Source of the DNA: an uncultured delta proteobacterium
Lineage (GTDB): Bacteria > Myxococcota > Kuafuiibacteriia > Kuafuiibacteriales > Kuafuiibacteriaceae
Length of the DNA stretch: 64,000 nucleotides
Assembly: GCA_963803435.1 (NCBI GenBank)
Contig: CAWDML010000009.1
Coordinates: forward strand, 1,024,001-1,088,000
Direction: 5' to 3'
Shown: in pieces, positions 50,357-60,288 of the stretch
How positions within the stretch are numbered: the first letter of the stretch is position 1
Layout of the letters: every line of letters starts with the position of its first letter
The notes under the pieces: generated by a model
What the model saw: the letters and a program-made list of their open reading frames with translations, nothing else
Told to the model about the DNA's origin: nothing
Databases searched by the model: none
Position numbers and translations under genes: made by a program

Positions 50357-51421
50357 ATGCCCTTGTATCGGGCGATCCGGCCGCTGCTGTTCGCGCTCGA
50401 CGCGGAGCGGGCCCACCATATGGCCTTGAAAACAGCGGCGTTCACCGCGCGCCACCCCTGGCTCCTGTCGGCGGTCCAGGCCGCGGTCGCGCCGCCGGCC
50501 GACCCCCGCCTCGCGCTCGAGGTCTTCGGGCTTCAGTTCGCGTCACCGGTCGGCCTGGCCGCCGGTCTCGACAAGGACGGGATCGCCATCGACACCTGGG
50601 CCGCCCTCGGCTTCGGGTTCGTCGAGGTCGGGACGGTGACCCCGGGGGAGGGCCAACCCGGCAACCCGAAGCCGCGGCTGGTCCGGATCATCCCCGACGA
50701 GGCGATCGTGAACCGGATGGGCTTCAACAACCGGGGCGCCGCTGCCCTGGCGCTGCGGCTCGGCGCGCGGCGGACCCGGATCCCGGTCGGGGCCAACCTG
50801 GGCAAGGCGAAGGCGACGCCGCTCGAGCGGGCGGCCGACGACTACGCCGAGACGCTCGAGGCGGTGGTCGGGGTCGCGGACTACGTGGTGATCAACGTCT
50901 CGAGCCCGAACACGCCCGGGCTCCGCGATCTCCAGGCCGTGAAGACGCTCGAGCCGCTCCTCGCCCGCGTGCTCGACACCAACCGGCAGCGGCGGCCGAT
51001 CCTTCTGAAGATCGCGCCCGACCTGGCCGATGAGGATGTGGATCGCGTGGCGGATCTGGTGGTGGATCTCGGTCTCGCCGGGGTGGTCGCCACCAACACG
51101 ACCTTGCGGCACGAGCTCCTCTCTCGCGCACCTTCGATCGAGGGCGGCGTCTCGGGCGCACCGCTGGCGCCGCGGGCGCTCGATCTGGTGCGTCGTCTCA
51201 AGCGAAGGGTGCGCGAGGTGCCGATCGTCGGCGTGGGTGGGATTCGGACACCCGACGACGCCTATCGCCGCATCCGGGCCGGTGCCACACTGATCCAGGT
51301 GTACACGGCCTTTGTGTATCGAGGCCCCGCACTGCCCGCGCGGATCGCCGTCGGACTGGGAGATAGGTTGGAGAGGGATGGACTCGGGTCGATCGCCGAC
51401 GCGGTCGGGATCGACGCTTGA
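50357..51421 (+). CDS. pyrD: Quinone-dependent dihydroorotate dehydrogenase
   Basis: GLAAGLDKD, NRMGFNN, NVSSPNTPGLR, LKIAPD. Confidence 0.95.
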   Translation: MPLYRAIRPLLFALDAERAHHMALKTAAFTARHPWLLSAVQAAVAPPADPRLALEVFGLQFASPVGLAAGLDKDGIAIDTWAALGFGFVEVGTVTPGEGQPGNPKPRLVRIIPDEAIVNRMGFNNRGAAALALRLGARRTRIPVGANLGKAKATPLERAADDYAETLEAVVGVADYVVINVSSPNTPGLRDLQAVKTLEPLLARVLDTNRQRRPILLKIAPDLADEDVDRVADLVVDLGLAGVVATNTTLRHELLSRAPSIEGGVSGAPLAPRALDLVRRLKRRVREVPIVGVGGIRTPDDAYRRIRAGATLIQVYTAFVYRGPALPARIAVGLGDRLERDGLGSIADAVGIDA

Positions 51422-51478
51422 GCTTTCGCGAAGCGACGAAGCGTGCGAAATAGTGCACGGATTTAGAGCGGAGCATTC

Positions 51479-52153
51479 GTGCAGTTCAACACCAGGGAGA
51501 AGGAGCTGACGCTCAAGATCGTCTACTACGGGCCGGCGTTGTCGGGGAAGACGACCAACATTCAGGAGCTTCACCAGATGTTGGATCCGACGGCGCGCGG
51601 GCGTCTCATGACGCTCGACACCAAAGGCGATCGCACCCTGTTCTTCGATCTGCTCCCGGTGCACTTCAAGACGCGCTCCGGCTTCAAGGTGAAGATCAAG
51701 CTCTTCACCGTGCCTGGGCAGGTGATGCACGAGTCCACGCGGCGGATCGTGCTCGCCGCCACCGACGCCATCTGCTTCATCGCAGACTCCCAGCGCTCGC
51801 AGCGCGCCACCAACAATGACGCCTACGCCGGGATGGTGGGAAACCTCCGCGCCAACGGCATCGACCCCGATCGCGTCCCCACCGTCATCCAGTTCAACAA
51901 GCGCGACCTCCCGGACGTCCTGAGCGACGACGAGCTCGCGGAGTACGCCAAGCATGGCAAGGAGCCCATCTTCCCCGCGGTCGCCATCCGAGGGGAGGGC
52001 GTCGTCGAGACCTTGAAGGGCTGCATGGCGCAGCTCTGGAACCGTCTGGAGGAGGAGCACGACTTCCAGCGCAAGCTGGGCATCACGCGCGACGAGTTCA
52101 TGAACGGGATCTTTCACACGGTGCGCGACACCAACCGGGCGGCCGAGAATTGA
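51479..52153 (+). CDS. MglA-family small GTPase
   Basis: KIVYYGPALSGKTTN, DRTLFFD, TVPGQ, QFNKRDL. Confidence 0.92.
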   Translation: MQFNTREKELTLKIVYYGPALSGKTTNIQELHQMLDPTARGRLMTLDTKGDRTLFFDLLPVHFKTRSGFKVKIKLFTVPGQVMHESTRRIVLAATDAICFIADSQRSQRATNNDAYAGMVGNLRANGIDPDRVPTVIQFNKRDLPDVLSDDELAEYAKHGKEPIFPAVAIRGEGVVETLKGCMAQLWNRLEEEHDFQRKLGITRDEFMNGIFHTVRDTNRAAEN

Positions 52154-53631
52154 GCGGCGAGAAGCGAAGCGAGACGCGCGGGCTGCCGATCGTGGAGGAC
52201 ATCCAGATCGAGCGGCCGGCCGAACGGGGCTCGGCCATCGATCGCCAGTTCCCCCTCGCCGAGCTCCTCGACCTGTCCGCGTTCCGCGACGTCTGCGCCA
52301 GCTTCGTCGACCTCTACAAGATCGGCATCAAGATCTTCGACAGTGACGGCACCAAGCTGGTCGACATCCGCGTCGGCAACGGCGACTGGTGCGGCTACAT
52401 CTATCAGAACCCGACCGGGCGGCAGAAGTGCACGGCGCTGGTCACCAAGATCAAGCAGTTCAGGTACCCCGACCTCGAGGAGGGCGAGGTCGTGGAGCAG
52501 CTCTGCTTCTCGGGCCTCAAGTACGTGATCATGCCGATCCAGTACGGCGGCGACGTCCTCGGCCGCGTCATCTACGGTCCGTTCCTCCCGGCCACGCTCA
52601 CCAAGCCCGCCGAGGAGGTCTACAGCTTCGGCGACGGCTTCGATCCGGGCCGCCTCTGGCACTACGGAGACAAGGTCCGCCGCGCGCCGGACGAGACCAT
52701 CATGAAGATCATGGCGAACTTCCGGGGCGTGGTCGACACTATCACGTTCATCGCCATGAAGGCGCTGATGACCCAGAAGCTGCACCTGGAGTCGATCACC
52801 GCCAGCTACAACGACCTCTCGCAGGCCAACCAGAAGTTGCGCACTTCGCTGGAGAAGCTCCGCGAGCTCGACAAGCTCAAGTCGAACTTCCTGGCGATGA
52901 TCAGCCACGAGCTGCGGACGCCGCTGACCAGCGTGATCGGCTACTCCGAGATGATGCTCGAGGGCATGGCCGGCGACCTCAACCAGGAGCAGAAGGAGTA
53001 CGTCCAGACGATCAAGGACAAGGGCGAGAACCTGCTCCACCTGATCGGCATGCTGCTCGACATGTCCAAGATCGAGGCGAACGCGCTCCGGTTGAACCTG
53101 GGTGAGGTGGACGTCGCCAAGCAGATCGAGGTCGCAAAGTCGTACGTGGTCCCGCAGGCCACCAAGAAGGGCATCCGCGTCGTGATCCAGCCGGACGCGG
53201 ATCTTCCGCGGATCCCCGGCGACGCGGACAAGGTCCGCCAGGCGCTGATCAACCTGCTCGGCAACGCCGTCAAGTTCACGCCGGCCGGCGGCGAGATCCG
53301 CGTCAAGGCGCGGGCCTGGCTGGGCCAGCGGCGGTATACCGGCGAGCAGGGTCGCTTCGGACCGCCCGACGAGCGCTTCATCCGCATCGACGTGGAGGAC
53401 ACCGGGATCGGGATCCCCACGGACAAGCTGGCCCAGGTGTTCGAGAGCTTCTACCAGGTCGACAACTCGATCACGCGGGAGTACGGGGGCACCGGGCTCG
53501 GCCTCCCGATCGTCAAGCGATTCATCGAAGCGCATCGCGGCGAGGTCTGGGTCGAGAGCCAGGAGCGGCTGGGCACCGTCTTCACGTTGATCCTTCCGAT
53601 CGAGCGTGCCGAGACCGGCGAAGTCAGCTGA
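52150..53631 (+). CDS. Cytoplasmic histidine kinase with PocR-like sensor domain
   Basis: Cys-containing PocR-like N-terminus; SHELRTPL H-box; NAVKFT, DTGIGI, GGTGLGL. Confidence 0.88.
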   Translation: MSGEKRSETRGLPIVEDIQIERPAERGSAIDRQFPLAELLDLSAFRDVCASFVDLYKIGIKIFDSDGTKLVDIRVGNGDWCGYIYQNPTGRQKCTALVTKIKQFRYPDLEEGEVVEQLCFSGLKYVIMPIQYGGDVLGRVIYGPFLPATLTKPAEEVYSFGDGFDPGRLWHYGDKVRRAPDETIMKIMANFRGVVDTITFIAMKALMTQKLHLESITASYNDLSQANQKLRTSLEKLRELDKLKSNFLAMISHELRTPLTSVIGYSEMMLEGMAGDLNQEQKEYVQTIKDKGENLLHLIGMLLDMSKIEANALRLNLGEVDVAKQIEVAKSYVVPQATKKGIRVVIQPDADLPRIPGDADKVRQALINLLGNAVKFTPAGGEIRVKARAWLGQRRYTGEQGRFGPPDERFIRIDVEDTGIGIPTDKLAQVFESFYQVDNSITREYGGTGLGLPIVKRFIEAHRGEVWVESQERLGTVFTLILPIERAETGEVS

Positions 53632-53709
53632 GCCGCCAGAATCGCCCGATTATCCCCGCGCGAGCCTTAGCTCGACATGAACACACGGTTTGGCTAGGTT
53701 GCCGCGCCG

Positions 53710-54450
53710 ATGGGCCCCCGCTATCAACGCGTCCTCCTCAAGCTTTCGGGCGAGGCCCTCGCCGGCGACGGGATGACGATCAGCCCGAAAGTCCTCGAGC
53801 ACATCGGGCGCGAGGTGAAGAAGGTCCACTCGCTGGGCGTTCAGGTCGCGCTGGTGATCGGCGGCGGCAACATCTTCCGGGGCGCCTCCATGGAGGCCCA
53901 GGGCATCGACCGGACCACGGGCGATTACATGGGGATGCTGGCGACCGTGATCAACGCGCTGGCGCTGCAGGACGCGCTGGAGAAGAAGCTCGATCTCCAG
54001 ACCCGGGTGCAGAGCGCGATCGAGATGCGCCAGATCGCGGAGCCGTACATCCCGCGGCGGGCGGTCCGCCACCTCGAGCAGGGGCGCATCGTCATCTTCG
54101 CCGCCGGCACCGGCAACACGCACTTCACGACGGACACGGCCGCCTCTCAGCGGGCGCTCGAGATCAAGGCGCAGGTGATCCTCAAGGGCACCAAGGTCGA
54201 CGGCGTCTACGACAAGGATCCGAAGAAGCACAACGACGCGCTCCGGTTCACGCAGGTCAGCTATCTCGACGCGCTCAACCGGGACCTTCGCGTCATGGAC
54301 GCCACCGCGATCTCGTTGTGCATGACCAACAAGCTCCCGATCATCGTATTTTCGATGGAAGAGCCAGACAACTTCTACCGGGTGGTGGTGAGCGAGGAGG
54401 TGGGGACGTTCGTCGGCAACTGCTCCACGGCCTTCGCCGAGCACCCCTGA
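53710..54450 (+). CDS. pyrH: UMP kinase
   Basis: [32 protein letters not shown]. Confidence 0.96.
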   Translation: MGPRYQRVLLKLSGEALAGDGMTISPKVLEHIGREVKKVHSLGVQVALVIGGGNIFRGASMEAQGIDRTTGDYMGMLATVINALALQDALEKKLDLQTRVQSAIEMRQIAEPYIPRRAVRHLEQGRIVIFAAGTGNTHFTTDTAASQRALEIKAQVILKGTKVDGVYDKDPKKHNDALRFTQVSYLDALNRDLRVMDATAISLCMTNKLPIIVFSMEEPDNFYRVVVSEEVGTFVGNCSTAFAEHP

Positions 54451-54462
54451 GAGGATACGAAC

Positions 54463-55023
54463 ATGCAGGACGATGTCTTTGACGAAATGGAAGGGCGGTT
54501 CAAGGAGACCGTCGACTCCCTGTCGAAGGGGTTGGCGCGCATCCGGACCGGCCGAGCGAATCTGTCGATCCTCGACAGCATCCGCGTCGACTACTACGGG
54601 AGCAAATCGCCGCTGAATCAGGTGGCGACGTGCACGGTGGTCGATCCTCGGCTGATCACCATCAAGCCGTACGACAAGTCGCTGCTCCAGGAGATCGAGA
54701 AGGTCCTCCGGTCGGCGAACGATCTCGGCATCTCGCCCAACAACGACGGCGAGAAGATTCTGCTGCCGATCCCGCCTCTGACGGAGGAGCGACGTCGCGA
54801 GTTCACGAAGGTCGCGAAGGGGAAGGGCGAAGAGGCCAAGATCTCGATCCGCAACGCGCGACGCGACGCGAACGACATGCTCAAGGCGCTCAAGGACGAC
54901 GGCACTCTCCCCGAGGACGACATGAAGAAGGCGCTGGATCGGGTCCAGAAGGCCACCGACCAGTTCATCAAGAAGGTCGATGATATCGTCGGTAAGAAGG
55001 AGAAGGAGATCATGGAGGTCTGA
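54463..55023 (+). CDS. frr: Ribosome recycling factor
   Basis: IRTGRAN, VDYYG, PPLTEERR, IRNARRDAN. Confidence 0.97.
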   Translation: MQDDVFDEMEGRFKETVDSLSKGLARIRTGRANLSILDSIRVDYYGSKSPLNQVATCTVVDPRLITIKPYDKSLLQEIEKVLRSANDLGISPNNDGEKILLPIPPLTEERRREFTKVAKGKGEEAKISIRNARRDANDMLKALKDDGTLPEDDMKKALDRVQKATDQFIKKVDDIVGKKEKEIMEV

Positions 55024-55775
55024 TGCCCCGACCCGAGGAGCTGGCGCCGGGGCCGTTGCCGCGTCACATCGCGATCATCATGGACGGCAATGGCCGCTGG
55101 GCCGAGCTGCGCGGGTGCTCCCGCCTCGAGGGCCATGCCGAGGGCGCTCTCTCGGTGAAGGACATCGTCACCGCCGCCCGCGAGGCTGGGATCGAGGCGC
55201 TGACGCTCTACGCCTTCTCGGTCCAGAACTGGGGTCGGCCCGATGAGGAGGTCGACCACCTGATGGGGCTGCTCCTCGATTACCTCGCCACCGAGCGCTC
55301 CACGATCCTCGACAACGACATCAAGCTGCAGAGCATCGGACAGACGCACCGCCTACCGCTCGACGTGCAGGCCAGCTTGCGCAAGCTGCAGGCGGACTCG
55401 AAGGACAACTCGGGGATGGTGTTGACGCTGGCGCTCTCCTACGGAGGGCGCGAGGAGATCGTGGCGGCCTGCCAGCAGATCGCCGAGCGCGTGAAGGCGG
55501 GCGAGCTCGAGCCCGAGGCGATCGACGAGGCGCTGATCGATCAGTACCTGTTCACGCGGGATCTGCCCCCGGTCGATCTCTTGATCCGAACCAGCGGCGA
55601 GATGCGGCTCTCCAACTTCCTCCTCTGGCAGGTGGCCTACGCCGAGCTGGTGATCACCGAGGTGCTCTGGCCCGACTTCCGCCGTCCCAACCTGCACGAG
55701 TGCATCGAGGTCTACCGGAAGCGCGAGCGCCGGTACGGTCTCACCGGTGCCCAGGTCAGCGACGGCGAGGGCTAG
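55023..55775 (+). CDS. uppS: Undecaprenyl diphosphate synthase
   Basis: HIAIIMDGNGRWA, YAFS..NW.RP, IRTSGE.RLSNFLLWQ. Confidence 0.97.
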   Translation: MPRPEELAPGPLPRHIAIIMDGNGRWAELRGCSRLEGHAEGALSVKDIVTAAREAGIEALTLYAFSVQNWGRPDEEVDHLMGLLLDYLATERSTILDNDIKLQSIGQTHRLPLDVQASLRKLQADSKDNSGMVLTLALSYGGREEIVAACQQIAERVKAGELEPEAIDEALIDQYLFTRDLPPVDLLIRTSGEMRLSNFLLWQVAYAELVITEVLWPDFRRPNLHECIEVYRKRERRYGLTGAQVSDGEG

Positions 55776-55777
55776 CC

Positions 55778-56590
55778 GTGGGCGTTCGCATCCTGTCGGC
55801 GCTGATCGCGCTGCCGATCGCAGTCGCGTTGATCCAGTACTCGCCGGCGAGCTTCTTGATCCTGCTCCTCTTCGTGGCGGCCGTGTGCGTCTACGAGTTC
55901 ATGGGAATGACGCAGGGGCCGGATCCGATCGCGCGCTACGTCCTCACGGCAGTCGGACTGCTATTCGTGGCGGCGATCGAGACCGGCTTCCTGACGACGC
56001 CGATCCTGTGCGGCTTCCTGATCGTCGTGCTGATCTTCTTCCTCTTCCGCCCCGGTGAGATCGAGACGGTGGCGACCCGCGGCGCGCACGCGATGACCGG
56101 GATCCTCTGGGCCGGCGGCCTCCTGGGCGCGACCGGGGCGCTCCGCCTCCTTCCTCACGGCGAGGCGTGGCTGTACCTCGCGTGCGTGATGGCGTGGGGC
56201 AGCGACACCGGCGCGTACTTCGCCGGACGTCTCCTGGGAAAGCACAAGCTCTACGAGAAGGTGAGCCCCAACAAGACCTGGGAGGGCGCGATCGGCGGTG
56301 TGATCGTGGCGACCATGGGGGCCTTCCTCTTGATCTATTTGTATGGGGCGCCTTCCATCGCTCCGATCCATCTGGCCCTGATTGCACCGGCCGCTTCGGC
56401 GCTGGGGCAGATCGGCGACCTCGCGGAGAGCCTCCTCAAGCGATCGGTGGGCGTCAAAGATTCCGGGAAAATCATGCCGGGACATGGTGGCCTGCTCGAT
56501 CGGGTGGACGCGCTGATCTTCGCCGGGCCGGCCTTGCTCGCCTACGCCGTGCTGGTTCTCGATCAACCTCTGCGCTACTTCCGATTTTGA
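55778..56590 (+). CDS. cdsA: Phosphatidate cytidylyltransferase
   Basis: SDTGAYFAG, SPNKTWEG, GDLAES.LKR..GVKDSG..PGHGG.LDR.D. Confidence 0.96.
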   Translation: MGVRILSALIALPIAVALIQYSPASFLILLLFVAAVCVYEFMGMTQGPDPIARYVLTAVGLLFVAAIETGFLTTPILCGFLIVVLIFFLFRPGEIETVATRGAHAMTGILWAGGLLGATGALRLLPHGEAWLYLACVMAWGSDTGAYFAGRLLGKHKLYEKVSPNKTWEGAIGGVIVATMGAFLLIYLYGAPSIAPIHLALIAPAASALGQIGDLAESLLKRSVGVKDSGKIMPGHGGLLDRVDALIFAGPALLAYAVLVLDQPLRYFRF

Positions 56591-56606
56591 GCTAGGATCA
56601 CCCCGA

Positions 56607-58329
56607 ATGGACGCACCCTGGAGCGTGAGCCCGAGCTCGGTGGCCGCGTTCATCGCGTTCATCGGCATCCTCATCTTCGTTCACGAGCTCGGCCACTTCC
56701 TGGCGGCCAAGTACTTCAACGTGAAGGTGGTGAAATTTTCGCTCGGCTTCGGGCCGCCGCTGGTGGCCTTCAAGAAGGGCGAGACGACGTACCAGATCGC
56801 AGCGATCCCGCTCGGTGGCTTCGTCAAGATGGTCGGCGACAATCCGGCTGACGAGATCGCCCCGGAGGACGAGGCGCGCGCCTTCACCACGGCGCCGATC
56901 TACCAGCGAGCGGTGATCGCGCTGGCCGGACCCGCCTTCAACCTGATCTTTCCGGTCACGTGCTTCTTCGCCTACAACGTGCTCGGACCCAAGGTCGTCT
57001 CACCGGTGGTCGGACAGCTCGAGATCGGACAGCCGGCCGAGCGTGCGGGGCTCGAGACCGGCGATCGCATCGTGGCGGTCGACGGCGAGCGAGTCTGGAG
57101 CTTCAAGCGCTTGATCGAGCTGATCAGCGTGCGACCCGACGATCCGGTCACGCTGACCATCGAGCGCCAGGGCGAGCGGATCGAGAAGAAGGTCGTCCCC
57201 GAGGCGGTCCAGGACAGCAACTTCTTCGGCGCGCCCGAGGTCCGCGGGATCATCGGCGTCAGCCGCACGCGGGTCGGCTCCCGGATCGGTGTGGCCGACG
57301 CCGCCAAGAACCAGGGCGCGTTCGAGACGGGCGACCGGATCCTCGAGATCGACGGCAAGCCCGTGGAGATGGGGGAGGCGCTCGATCCGGCGTTCCGAGC
57401 TGCCGCCGGTCGGACCGTCGAGGTGAAGGTGGCGCGGCCGGACCCGCGGGCTGCCGGCGATTCTGTTGTACGCCGCCGCCGAGCGGCCCGTCACACTGAA
57501 GGTGCCGGTCCCGACCGGTGCGACCTCGATGGCGGACCTGGGGCTCGCCGAGTCGGAGGCGTTCGTCCGCGGCGTGGTGCCCGGCGGCGCGGCCGATCGG
57601 GCGGGCCTGCGCCCCGGCGATCGCGTCCTCTCGGTGGGCGGCCGCCGCATCCGGCTGTTCTGGTCGTTCCTCACCGAGGTCAAGCACGCCGGCCAGGATC
57701 CGGTCGACCTCGTGATCGAGCGGAACGGCGAGGAGAAGACGCTCACCCTGGTCAACGACGAGATCCAGTGCGAGCACGAGGTCACCAAGCAGTCGCAGAC
57801 CACGTACGACCCGGGCGTCGGCATCGGTCCGTTCGCGGCCGGCAGCCCCTGCCTTCAGCTCGACGCGCGCCTCCAGCTCTTCTCCCACTGGTCCTCGAGC
57901 GTCCCGCCCGAGATCGAGGACGCGCACCTGAGCGTGGTGGAGGCCCTGACCGCTTCGGTGCGGCAGACCGGCGAGGTCATCGGCTTCGTCGCCGTCGGTC
58001 TGTTCAAGCTGTTCTCCCGCCAGATCTCGATGGACAACGTGGGCGGCCCGCTCCAGCTCTTCAAGCTGGCGGCGCAGGCCGCCGAGGTGGGCGTGTTCGC
58101 GTACCTGCGGACGCTGGCGTTCATCTCGGTCAACCTCGGTCTGATCAACCTGCTCCCGATCCCCATCTTCGACGGCGGGCACCTGATGTTCTGCGCCATC
58201 GAGGCGGTGAAGCGCCGCCCGGTCTCGCTGCGGACGCGTGAGACCGCGGGGCTGATCGGGCTGGTGCTGCTGCTGGCGCTGCTGGTGCTGGCGCTCCGCA
58301 ACGACATCCTGAACCTCGGGATCTTCTGA
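56607..58329 (+). CDS. rseP: RIP metalloprotease RseP with three PDZ-like domains (frameshift near 57461)
   Basis: HELGH, AGPAFN and NLLPIPIFDGG are split between two frames. Confidence 0.92.
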
Positions 58330-58345
58330 GGCCCCGCCTCGCGTC

Positions 58346-59008
58346 ATGCTCCTGTGTATCGAGACCTCGACGCGCGCCGGGTCGGTGGCGCTGGTCGATC
58401 GGACCGGCGTCATCGACGAGCGCGTGCTGGCCGGCGATCTGGGCGCGGAGCTGGCGCCGGCGGTGCAGGCGATGGTCCCGGATCTCTCGGCCGTCGACGC
58501 GTATGCGATCTCGGTGGGCCCGGGATTGTTCACCGGGCTCCGCATCGGGATCGCGTTCATGAAGGGCCTCGCGGTGGTCCACCGGCGGCCGGCGGTGGCG
58601 GTGTCGACGCTGGCGGTGATTGCACGCCAGCTCGCCGACGCGCATCCGGAGGCGACGCTCTTCCTGCCGGTGGTCGACGCGCGGAAGGGCGAGGTCTTCG
58701 CGGCGCTCTACCGGCGCACCGACGGTCACCTCGCGCTCGATCCGCGGGTGCCGGAGGGCGTACATCGGTTCGATCAGCTGGCCACGATCGAAGGCGTGTG
58801 GTCCGCCGGTGCGCCGATCCCGGCCTGGGCCTCGGCCGATCCGGGCCAGTCCATCCCCCGCGCGTCCGTCGTCGGTCAGATCGCCCAGGCGAGCCTTCCA
58901 GGAAGCGCGGTGGATGCGCTCGGTGTGGAACCCGCCTACCACCAGCCGTCGGGCGCAGAGATCAACCGCGCACGCGGATCGGTCGATGTGCGGACCCGGT
59001 CGCGTTGA
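58346..59008 (+). CDS. tsaB: t6A biosynthesis protein TsaB
   Basis: IETST, GPGLFTGLRIG, DARKGEV. Confidence 0.9.
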   Translation: MLLCIETSTRAGSVALVDRTGVIDERVLAGDLGAELAPAVQAMVPDLSAVDAYAISVGPGLFTGLRIGIAFMKGLAVVHRRPAVAVSTLAVIARQLADAHPEATLFLPVVDARKGEVFAALYRRTDGHLALDPRVPEGVHRFDQLATIEGVWSAGAPIPAWASADPGQSIPRASVVGQIAQASLPGSAVDALGVEPAYHQPSGAEINRARGSVDVRTRSR

Positions 59009-59033
59009 CTCGAACGGTGGGTATTCCTACTCT
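59005..59033 (+). promoter_or_regulatory. Sigma70-type promoter
   Basis: TTGACT-N17-TACTCT. Confidence 0.55.
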
Positions 59034-59115
59034 GTGATCGGTGCACGGGAGCGAGCCCCTGCAGCGAACCCAAAACAGAATCGACCTCGAGTCTCGAGGG
59101 AAGGAACGGTCGTAC

Positions 59116-59343
59116 ATGGAGAACGTCGTCCGTGTTGACGAATCCACCGGCGTGTTGCGCGAGCGTGACACGGTCCGGTCAGAAATCGAACGACTCCACC
59201 GGGAGCACAATGAGCTGAAGGCCAGGTTGTCAGAGCTGAACAGTCGCCTCTACCTGAGCCCGGATGAAGAGATCGAGCGCAAGACGATCCAGAAGCTCAA
59301 GCTGCTCAAGAAGGATCGCCTCGCGTATCTGACCAGCTCCTGA
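59116..59343 (+). CDS. YdcH/DUF465-like small coiled-coil protein
   Basis: EH..L...L..L....YLSP.EEIE....KLKL.KKD. Confidence 0.75.
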   Translation: MENVVRVDESTGVLRERDTVRSEIERLHREHNELKARLSELNSRLYLSPDEEIERKTIQKLKLLKKDRLAYLTSS

Positions 59344-59360
59344 CACGCTCGCGCGTACCG

Positions 59361-60257
59361 TTGAAGACCGTCGCCATTCTGGGCGCGCACCGCGCCGTCG
59401 CGCAGGCCCTCGTCGAGCTGATCGAGGAGCGCGAGCTGGACCTGGACGTCGTCCCCGCCACCACCACCGAACATCTCGGCCCCGGCCTCGAGCTGATGGA
59501 CGCGGCGCTCTTGGCGCGGGCGGACCTGTTCGTCGCCTGCATGGGCGGGCCGTTGATCGAGGCGCTGGTCGAGCGGACGGATCGGCCGGTGCTGGACCTG
59601 GCAGGGGTCAGCCGGGGACCGCGCCTGTTTCCCGGTCTGGAGAGCACCCAGGCCCTCGACGGCGTGGTCCGGATCCCGGTCGGGCCGGCGGTGCCGCTGG
59701 TCTCGGCGCTGGCGGCGCTCCGTGCGTTCGGCCTGGAGAGGGCGACGATCACCACCCTCGAGTCGGCCGCCACCCAGGATCGGGAGGGGATGGACGAGCT
59801 GTCCGATCAGGTCCGCGCGCTCTTCAACATGCGGGACGTCGAGCCGAAGGCGTTCCCGGCGACGCTGGCGTTCAACGTGATCGCGGGCGCGCTCTCGGAG
59901 GCGGCGCTGGAGGAGGAGATCGCCGACGGCCTGAGCCGGAGCGGGCCCTCGCCGGAGCTGGCCGTGGCGCGGGCCCTGGTGCCCACGTTCTCCGCGGACG
60001 CGGCGTTCGTGGACGTGGGGGTGGAGGACGCCGCGCCCAACCTGGAGACCGTGATCGACGCGTTTCGGAACGCTCGGGGCCTCTTTTACGCGGGCGAGGC
60101 GCCGGTCGCCGTCGCGGCGCTCGGGCGGGACGACGCGCTGGTGGGTCGGGTGCAGGCCGGGCCGCGACGGATCGCGTTCTTCCTCGCCTCGGATCGCCTG
60201 CGGCGCGGCAGCGCAACGCTCGCCTGCCTCGCCCTGGAGGGTTGGATCTCGAAGTGA
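59361..60257 (+). CDS. Asd/Usg-like protein lacking the catalytic Cys
   Basis: GMDELSDQ, FP.TLAFN, VP.F, VGRV, DRLRRGSA; TTG start. Confidence 0.8.
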   Translation: MKTVAILGAHRAVAQALVELIEERELDLDVVPATTTEHLGPGLELMDAALLARADLFVACMGGPLIEALVERTDRPVLDLAGVSRGPRLFPGLESTQALDGVVRIPVGPAVPLVSALAALRAFGLERATITTLESAATQDREGMDELSDQVRALFNMRDVEPKAFPATLAFNVIAGALSEAALEEEIADGLSRSGPSPELAVARALVPTFSADAAFVDVGVEDAAPNLETVIDAFRNARGLFYAGEAPVAVAALGRDDALVGRVQAGPRRIAFFLASDRLRRGSATLACLALEGWISK

Positions 60258-60288
60258 GGGCGCGGGCGTGATACGGCAGGGGGGCACG

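Noticed and set aside
56607-58329. rseP as a pseudogene or two genes
   Set aside because: One extra base restores a complete conserved gene in a core operon, so an error is more likely.
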